Part shown: positions 41,572 to 64,000 of the stretch, one piece after another
How positions within the stretch are numbered: position 1 is the first letter of the stretch
Layout: every line of letters starts with the position of its first letter
Source of the DNA: the human T2T-CHM13v2.0 reference genome, Homo sapiens
Assembly (NCBI RefSeq): GCF_009914755.1
Contig: NC_060926.1
Length of the DNA: 64,000 bases
Reading direction: 5' to 3' (one strand)
The notes under the pieces: model-generated
Seen by the model: only the letters and a program-made list of their open reading frames with translations
The model's database searches: none
What the model was told of the DNA's origin: nothing
Made by a program: the position numbers and the translations under genes

Positions 41572-43068
41572 CTAAGACGGAAATGCAGGTGCAGTGAACA
41601 AACACCCAGGTAGTGCAGAGGTAAGATAGATACGGTTTCTGAAAAATCACAACTCGACAGAGCAATTTCGGGGGGGTGGGGGGCACAGCAAATAGCTAGA
41701 GAACAGGCTCTCCTTATTTCAAAACCTTGCAAACTCTAAATCTGAGGCAGCCGTGAAGTCCCATGCCCTGAATCATCTCATCCTTAGCGTCATCAGCAAG
41801 AAGGGAGGACACTGAGAATCAAAGGTTTTATTTATTGAACTCGAGCATGAGACGCACATTAAAACTTCCCCACCACAGATGCAGAGCAAAAGTTGCTCTC
41901 AGGCCAGAAGAGACCATTTAAAAGCTCTCCGCCGGTTTCAGAACACAAATAAATTTCCCAATCCTCTGCAAAGACAGAACTGAAGAATTACTGGACAGCA
42001 CGCCAGAGGCAGGGACCTGAGGGCAGGCCATCTTGCTATGCCGGGAGGAGACGGTCACTGTTGCTAAGGGTCATCCATCCTTAGTCTCGAAGAAATCTCT
42101 TCCTGATCTCTTCACCAACTCTCCCCACTACTAGAGAATTGAGCTACTCCCAAAGATGTAAGTAAACAGGAGACTGTTTACATCTCCTGTGGGTGGGAGA
42201 GGCCCCACCCACTCTATCCTAGGAGAGGGCAGTGAAAGAGGATAAGGCCCAGAGGGATAAGGGTGAGGGAGCATGGCAAGGAGAGGAGTTCAGATCAGGA
42301 CAGGGAATGTAGGAGGGCAAGGAGTGAAGGGCACAACCCACAGCCTGGGAAAGAGAGGCATGAAACCCAGCGTGTCAGGTGGACGGATCATGGAATGGGG
42401 GGCCAGCGGAGGTTAAGGAAGGAGGGCCCAAGAGTAGGGGTGCGAAAAAGAGAAGAGGAGGAGGAGAAAGTGCGCGTGTGAAGAGTGTTAAGAAAACGAC
42501 AGGACAGAGCGGGGAGGGGAAAAGCGGGCCGAGGGACAGGGTGAAAGGTGAGAAACGAGGGTATGAGGAAAGAGGGTCCGGGGCGCTGGGGAGTTGGGGA
42601 GACGATGGAGCGACGGGTAGAGCAGCTTGGGCCGAGCCGCGGGGGTGGAATCCAGACGCCGGGCGGGGGAGGGGGCGGCGGGGCGGCGGGACGGTGGGTG
42701 GGGGCCACCAGGCGGCGCCGGAGACCACCAAACTTTACAGCGAGCGAGCCTGCTTCCTGGAGGGAGTGCAGACAAGGACCAGGAGCGGGAGCCGAGCCTC
42801 GCGGCCCGGGGCACGGCGCCGCCCGCCCCTCCCCGGCAGTGCCTCCCGACCCCCTGCCCTCCGCTGGGACATGGCCTGAGGCCCCGCCCGCCGCCCGGGA
42901 CTCCTCCCCCCCGCTGCCCCCGGACCCTCGCCCCAGGACCGCGGGGTCTCTTCCCGGCCCCGCCGCCCGCCCCGGCGAGAACAGGCCCGGCGGGCAAGGC
43001 GGCGGCGGACCGAGGGAGGCCTGGCCCGGCAGCGGGGAGAAGGGTGCGGCGCAGCCCGAGTTTCCCAC

Positions 43069-43180
43069 CTTTTCTCCTGGCCCAGACGCGGCTGGGGCGG
43101 ACGGGACCTCTCGCGCTCTGCCTCCTCCTCTTGCTTCATGGAGCCATGCGCCTGGGTGGGGGCTCCCGAGAGAAGCTGGC
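43069..43180 (-). other. AMMECR1L: AMMECR1L 5'UTR exon 1 (TSS approximate)
   Basis: Donor AAAG|GTGGGA at 43068 inside the CpG island, just downstream of GC boxes at about 43210-43240. Confidence 0.65.
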
Positions 43181-43254
43181 CTGCGGGCGGGCCGGACGCG
43201 CTGCGCGGACGGGGCGGGGCGAAGGAGGCCGGCGGGCGGAGGAGGAAGCGGCGG

Positions 43255-43275
43255 GGCGGCGGCGGCGGCGGCGGC
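43255..43275 (+). repeat. (GGC)7 trinucleotide repeat
   Basis: Seven perfect GGC units, preceded by GCGGCGG. Confidence 0.9.
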
Positions 43276-45758
43276 CGGGAAGAACTAGAGGTATTCCCCG
43301 GGCGGCTGGAGGACTGAGTCGAGCCGGGACCCGAGTCCTCCGGTATCCCAGCAGCCACCGGAGGCAGTGAGGTAATGGAGGAAGAATGTAGGGAGTCCTC
43401 CAGTGGACCACACTCCTTCTAGCGAGCCGCGGAAACCATAGAGATCAGGGCTCAGCCGGAGGGCCGGCCCACTGCTGTCACGTGGCCTCCATCCGTGCGC
43501 TTTATTGGCTGGTGCTGGCTTTACGGGGTTGAATTTTGGACGCTGCCTGCCATTCGTGGGACCGAGTTTCAGGCAGCTGGAATAAAGAGAGACATCGGGG
43601 GAAAGCCGCGAGAAGGCCAGCGTCCCTGGCTGGGAGCAGAGCTAGCCGAGTAGGGCGCCCGGCTGTCAAAACTGGCCGGCGCAGTGCACGCTGGGCCGCC
43701 CCGGAGCGGTCGCAGAGCCCGTCGGGAGTCGTAGTCCGGGACGGGCCCGCAGCATTGTCCGCGACGCAGCTCGGGATCCGCGTCGGGTTGTCGGCCGGGT
43801 TGCTGCCAGGCACCGTCGAGCGTTAGCCACCCAGCATTGAGCTGCCAGCGGCTGTTCTCCCTAAGCACCCTCGCTCACGTCGCCTCGCCTCGCCTCGCCT
43901 GACCGGCCGCAGCCTTGGATACCAGCCTTAAATCGAGCCGACTACGGCCCAGCCCCGCCCGCGGCGAAGTGCGCGGGGTTCGGTGCCAGCCGCTCGCCCC
44001 TGGCCGGGCCAGCCTCTTGATGCACCGGGGACGGGCGCGCCCATCCGACTCTTCGAGGGGCGGCAGGGCCCCATCTGTGTCTTTCGCTCTCGAGCCCCCA
44101 GCTAGAGTTGGCTTCAGCGGAATACCTACTGTGCAGGATTATTCAACAAGCCGATTGATCACATTCTTCAGCTCTAGCAGTGCAAAGGCTTCACTGAAAA
44201 AGAACATTACAAATTTTTTTTGAAAGAAATTTGGGGGTAAATTTAATTTTAAATACTGATTTTTGATAACATTTGATCTTATGACAGCATTTGTATTTTT
44301 AATTACAGATAGGATTACACTAAAAGTCATTTCTGACCTGCTCCCTTACCCTTATGGCTAAAATAAACTGCTAGGCCCTGAAGCAAAGGCGAGCCATGTT
44401 CTAGAGCAATGTCTTTCTTGTATTAAAATACGGCCCCATGCTCACATATAGGCTGTTTTGTGTTTTGCTTTTCTGTTGATGCACAAAGGAATCCTTGATA
44501 TGTTTGTCCTCAAAGACCAAAGACAAGTATCTAGTAAAAAATGCAAATCATATCTAACAGTGAAGCTTTCCAGCAAAAACCTTCTGCTCTAGAATGCATA
44601 ATTATGCGAGCATAAGATCTACTACTCTAGACTTTTAGCATAATTACCTATAGGCAGCAAAACCCTAGTCAATTGAGTGTCTGGTGCCTCTTGGACCTGG
44701 ACTTCTCCAAGAGAATGGGCAAGGAGGACGAAAAGGAAGAGACAGCTATGCTTTGTGAAACAGGAGGTGACTTAAAAAAAAAATTCTATAGCAGTCTTCT
44801 TAATTCCTGTTACAGACTTGATACGCTTATCTGCTGTTGAGGACACGGTTGCCAGTTTCTAACCTTCTCTGTCTGCCTGAAAAACTAGAAATTAGATGAT
44901 CATATGGCCTAGAGCCAGAAGTGCAGGAGGCAGAAAGCCAGGGGCCAGTTTTTTTCTTTTTGTTTCTGAATAAGAAGGCCAAATCCTGACTTAAAATAAT
45001 CAAAATAAATTTTACGGAGTGACGGTCTTTCCAGCTGAAAACCTTAAAACATGGCATCTGGAAGAAGGCCTTAGTCTATTGCTCCCAGGATGGTACTATA
45101 TAGTCATTAAATAGCCCACAGATAAGGGAGTTATTGCCCCCTCGTTATTGGGCTGCCAGGAATTAAATGATGGAACTAAGTTTCACTTGAAACATTCCCA
45201 AATTAAAACAAAAACAAGCCTTGCTTTGAGCTGTTGAAAAGGCATTTTACTGAGAAGATCCAGATGCTATTGCTGTTCTTAAATGATGTTGAAAGGCAAA
45301 GGGTCAGGACTTTCAAAAAGTCACTTTGAGGTCACCTCACATAAGCAAGCAACAGTTTGAACTGATGCAAAAACAAACAATGAAATTATGAACAGGAGGA
45401 AGAAACTAAAATGAGGGCAGTATATGCCATAAATATGGAAGAGGCTGTCTCTTATTTATCTTCTCATTTCCTGTACATAATACAGAAACCTGGTATGTAA
45501 TAGGCATACAATTATTTGTGGCTCAACTGAATAAACGAAGATGGAAACCAGCAAGCAGCGGGCAGATAATATACTTGGGAAAGGAGAACTGCAGAGACGC
45601 TGGGTGGTTCAAGGCTTCTGCATGATCCTCAAATGTCACCCCAATCTGCTGTGACATAGCTATACCACTCATCAGAATACCCCAAAACAAATTGTCTGCC
45701 TCCCTTATGTACAACTTTTATTATTTCTTATCTCGGTTGGTTAAGAATATGTAGTAAT

Positions 45759-48663
<2,905 letters not shown>

Positions 48664-48689
48664 TTATTTCAGAGATAGCAATGCACTTT

Positions 48690-48882
48690 GTCTAGCCTCA
48701 GGGCTATGCTACATACCCTTCTGTCCACCATAATCTTACCTGCAGAGACTTTAAGCCTCCTGACATCCCACAGAATATCACATTGATTCATTACATTGGT
48801 GCCATGTTGTTGAATGGACCCAATGAGCAGGAAGTGGTAAGTACCTTAGATTCATCTGAAAATCGTATGTGTTCCAGAAGGT
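48690..48882 (+). mobile_element. ERVL-class pol (reverse transcriptase) relic
   Basis: From 48696 it translates PQGYATYPSVHHNLTCRDFKPPDIPQNITLIHYIGAMLLNGPNEQEVVSTLD, resembling ERVL RT LPQGY...HYIDD. Confidence 0.78.
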
Positions 48883-49817
48883 TTTAAATAAACTCTAATT
48901 CTGATTCCAAGTACTGTATCAGTTAGGGTTCAGGAAAGAAAAACCACACCAGGCATTGCAAACAAAAGGAGATTTTTGGTCACATGGTTAGAAGGCTAAA
49001 AGAATGAAGCAGATGTTGAGGTAACCCAAAAATGAGCAACTGTAGGAAGGAGCTAGCACCCTTAGGGCTGAGAGAACAAAAAGGAAGAATTAGCATTACT
49101 AGCACCCGGGAGCTTGGGAGGACAGGTCACCATGGGGCTGCTGCTGAGAACTCTTAAGGGGTGCCCTTGGGCCGGTGTCAAAGAGCCTGAGAAGTGGGGA
49201 GCTGGAACTTCCTGCACTTGCTGGAGGGGTGCCATCGTTGCTGAAATCAGGAGGAGATGTCTTTTTTTTTTCTCCTTCTACCGTCTGGTCTTTCCCCAGC
49301 ACCTCCCACTGGCGGAATCTAAAAGGAACTCAAGTGGTGAGAGTATCTGGGAAATGTAGTTGTAGACTCCTGCAACACATGTTGCAAGGACTCTCAATAT
49401 AGTGAGTTTTAAGTTCAGAGAAGGAAACAAATGAGAACAAAAGACTGTTTTATTCTCCCTCACTTTTTTGGTAGGAGGCCTTGATGTGCAGACGCGATGG
49501 GGCAACGATGAGACCGAATAAACAATTGACATCTAACCCCAGAAGAAGAGCAAGGACCTGGGACCCAGAAGGAAGAGGCTGTGAGAGGTACAAACTGCAG
49601 GCATGGACATGATGCATATAGAGGACAGCCACACTAAGCTTTGAGGCTTCTGGAGGCAACACAGAGTAACCATTTGAATGGAAATCACTGAACAGACACA
49701 GAGAAAGAGAAACCATCCAATGACTTGAGGGTGACACCAAGTTTGCCTGGTGGCCTCAGGACTCCTGGCTCACTGGTCCCACTGTCTCCCCCCGCCCATC
49801 AGAATACATGAAGGCTG

Positions 49818-50124
<307 letters not shown>

Positions 50125-51139
50125 CTACCACACCATGCATGTGGGACACGTCAGAGTGGGAAGCTCCATGGATCTACAGCAAGGCTGTTCGACTAAGAGT
50201 GAATAAATGGGTGAATTCCATGGGCTGAACATGTCAGGAATATTTTCTTCTTAGGGCAGCGATCTTAACTTCTGGAGAAATTGAGTTCCTAAGCTGTAGA
50301 GCCTTAGAACCCTGGCATACATTTCTGTGGAGAAACAGAAAGCCCAGACATCCCAGTCCACACACGTCTTTCTTCTGACCAACACCAGCCATAGGAAGCA
50401 AGGCCCGGGAGAGCACTGGGGACAGGGCATGTCCGCCCGGAGCAGGGCAGGAGAGCACAGGCATGTGATGCAGCCCTGGGTCTGTCGTCCCGTTTGCGCC
50501 GGGAATGAATCGGGTTTTTCTAGCCTCTAAGCACAGAGGTATTTTTGACTCAGCACCGTGAAGAGACGACAATAGCTCAGCTTCTGCCAGCTGCCCGATT
50601 TAGACACGAGACCTTCACTACATATTTCTGTCTCTTGCCCTACTCAGAAGAAGGACTTAAAAATCCCCCAAGACGGAACTGAGTTTTCCTCTGTTCATTT
50701 TTTTAAATTACACTACTTGAAGAACCCCAAACAAATAAGGCTCTGGGCCTCCAAGACCATGTAATCCATTGTGCTCGTGTGGAAGAGCTGCCCCCAGTAG
50801 AGGCAACAGGAATGGCCTGGTCACTCAGCAGGTCCCCTGCCCATCTTCCCACCACCCCTTGCCCCACCCACCGGGAAGGAGGAGGGAGCACAGGCTGCTT
50901 TGAGCAGTCATCGTGCCTCTACCTGGAGCCTGTACTCACTGTCTTGGGGGCCGGTATTTCCCAGGAGGGCTATTGTGTGTTTCCTTGTCTGTTTCTCTTT
51001 CTGGAATGCGAGCTGTTTCAAAATGAACTGAAGATCATTCACCTCCACCCCTCAGCTCTCAGCATAGAGGTGTGCACAGAGTACATGCTCAGTAAATGTT
51101 TAACAGATATATTTTTAACTTATTTTATTTTACTTTTTT

Positions 51140-51577
<438 letters not shown>

Positions 51578-51579
51578 TG

Positions 51580-51785
51580 TATCTTGTAGTCTTGCTGAAC
51601 TCACTTATTAGTTCTAGGAGGTTTTTTTGTAGACTCCTTGGGATATTCATGTGAACGGTCATATCATCTGCAAACAGGGACAATTTTTTTATTGCTTTCC
51701 AATCTGTATTCCTTTTCTTTTCTTTCTTCTCTTTTTCTTTTTGTGTCATATTGCACTAACTATTTCCAGCTCCATGTTGAATACA
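51580..51785 (-). mobile_element. L1 ORF2 RT fragment (inverted)
   Basis: Minus frame KLSLFADDMTVHMNIPRSLQKNLLELISEFSK matches the L1 RT FADD motif region. Confidence 0.85.
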
Positions 51786-51857
51786 TACTTTACTTTTAAA
51801 ATAGAATTTTAAAAATCTTTTCTTTCTTTTACAAGTTGCAAAACACTTTTTCTCCTA

Positions 51858-52064
<207 letters not shown>

Positions 52065-52067
52065 TCA

Positions 52068-52172
<105 letters not shown>

Positions 52173-52189
52173 TCAAAAAAAAAAGAAAA

Positions 52190-55490
<3,301 letters not shown>

Positions 55491-55659
55491 ACAAAAACAA
55501 AACAAAACAAAAAACCTTAGCGAAAAACAAAAGAAATGTAGCTTGCATCGGTATCAGGTAGGAGCAGCTATATAAATTGTGGGGCCACCCAGCCTCGTCT
55601 TTGTACCAGGGAGAGCAGAGCAACTCTTATCATTGACGGCAGGAAGTCAACACCAAGAT

Positions 55660-56280
<621 letters not shown>

Positions 56281-56519
56281 CCCCTAAAACTACTGTATTA
56301 TAACAAGCTATATCACTGGATTTTATACTTCAGTCCCATAGACTTCAACTACTTTAGCAGACAGTTACTCCTCAAATTCTTGTTACAAAGGGACACTTTT
56401 CTTGAGCTATTTCAGGAACCTTAGCAGGAGGAGGGAACTGTCCCGAGATATCCTAATTAAATACCTTATCACATAATTGTAAAAGAAGCGATTCTAAAAA
56501 AATAAATACCCTGGCTAGT

Positions 56520-58945
<2,426 letters not shown>

Positions 58946-59281
58946 GCTTTGGAAATGAAAATGGCCACTGTTCGCTACGGAGAAGAGACCCTCATTCTAG
59001 ACTTGTGACTCTCCAATTCTGCACTCCCATTTAATTTCCCCAGTGCTCTATTTAGAACATATCCTCAGGGCCTGCCGATGCTAGTCACTCTCTGGAAGCC
59101 TTGCTTCTAGAACTCCTGGGAAATTTCAGCTCTGGCACAGACAGCTCTGGCCTTCACGTCAGGAGGCCTGGATTTGTGCCCGAGCTTTGCTGCTTTGCCT
59201 TCAAATAAGACTCTTTCCAGCTCTGGTCTCAGTCTCCTCATTTGTAGAATAAAGGAATTGGATTAAATTTAGGGTATTTAA

Positions 59282-59530
59282 CCAAACACCGCATGTTCTC
59301 ACTCATAGGTGGGAATTGAACATGAGAACACTTGGACACAGGGTGGGGAACATCACACACCAGGGCCTGTCGTGGGGTGGGGGTAGGGGGGAGGGATAGC
59401 ATTAGGAGATATACCTAATGTAAACGATGGGTTAATGGGTGCAGCACACCAACATGGCACATGTATACATATGTAACAAACCTGCACGTTGTGCACATGT
59501 ACCCTAGAACTTAAAGTATAATAATAAAAA
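59282..59530 (+). mobile_element. 5'-truncated L1PA 3' end
   Basis: Well-preserved L1PA 3'UTR ending ccctagaacttaaagtataataat; TSD aaatttagggt(a/t)tttaa at 59265-59281 and 59531-59547. Confidence 0.93.
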
Positions 59531-59617
59531 AAATTTAGGGTTTTTAACTCCTGAGCAGCAAAATCCTCTTTTCAAAAAAAATCTTCTGTGGACTCCAAAT
59601 ATGAATACCCAACAGTA

Positions 59618-62512
<2,895 letters not shown>

Positions 62513-62554
62513 TTAGGCAAGCTGACAGGAAAACACTGATGTTGGATCTGACAG

Positions 62555-62910
62555 GTGTATTCATTTGCTACTGTGGTTTAACCAGCAGAAATTTATTTTT
62601 TTCACTGTGCTGAAACTGGAAGTAAAAGAGAAAGGTCTCGGCAGGTCGGTTTTTCCCGAGGCCTCTGCCCTCGGTTTGCAGCTGGCACCTTCTTGCTGTT
62701 CCTCACACAGTCACCCTTGGATCTGTGTGGTGTCTGTGTCCTAATCGCCCCTGCTTACAAGGCCACCAGCTACACTGGACTACCCGCTCACATGATCTCA
62801 TTTTACCTTACTTATCTCTTTAAAGCCCCGTCTCCAAATACAATCACACAGTGGGGTACTAGGGCTGGGAATGCCACATGTGAATTTGGGTGGGGAGGCA
62901 GGTCCGTCAA
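62555..62910 (-). mobile_element. MaLR LTR (MLT1-like)
   Basis: cagaaatttatttt...tgtgtcctaatc...taaagccccgtctccaaatacaatcaca is a reverse MLT1. Confidence 0.7.
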
Positions 62911-63009
62911 GAACAACAAGCATAACCAGACCCACTGAGTGAGGCTCAGGCACTTCCGCTAGAAAAAATGACACCAGGGTGGTCCCATGATAGGACAAAC
63001 CCTATGAGA

Positions 63010-64000
<991 letters not shown>

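Larger units (their letters stand above)
42470..44100. promoter_or_regulatory. AMMECR1L CpG island / probable bidirectional promoter
   Basis: About 1.6 kb of very high CpG; GC boxes; E-box GTCACGTGG at 43477-43485; CCAAT (minus) at 43504-43508; ZNF143-type motif at 43711-43736. Confidence 0.85.

Noticed and set aside
42000-42250. Possible alternative first exon of AMMECR1L
   Set aside because: No convincing minus-strand donor could be identified by eye; CAGE or long-read data would be needed.
42375-43411. Long overlapping ORFs (166-247 aa) on both strands
   Set aside because: They are G/P/A/R-rich products of a stop-poor CpG island, with several frames open at once and no recognisable domain.

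Overview
This is Alu-dense primate genomic DNA, almost certainly human; gene identities are recognised from recalled protein sequences, not a database search. Two complete genes lie in tandem on the minus strand. POLR2D (RNA Pol II subunit RPB4) has 4 coding exons from 15358 to 5344, and the spliced CDS is 429 nt = 142 aa. AMMECR1L has 6 coding exons from 31492 to 22351 (933 nt = 310 aa) plus two inferred 5'UTR exons. Each gene has a CpG-island promoter. The POLR2D 3' region contains a sense RPS26 processed pseudogene, an antisense U6 copy, a MaLR LTR and five Alus in both orientations, punctuated by tandem poly(A) signals. The region 44-64 kb is intergenic repeat mosaic (Alu, L1, MaLR, ERV1/ERVL relics). 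No prokaryote-type system, CRISPR array, tRNA or rRNA was seen. The best candidates for undescribed biology are all hypotheses: (1) a three-uORF cassette in the AMMECR1L leader, including a spliced 48-aa ORF; (2) a poly(A)-site-gated inverted-Alu switch in the POLR2D 3'UTR, with retroelement-donated cleavage elements; (3) a candidate poison exon in AMMECR1L; (4) an Alu bracketed by GC-rich inverted repeats. Repeat boundaries are approximate.
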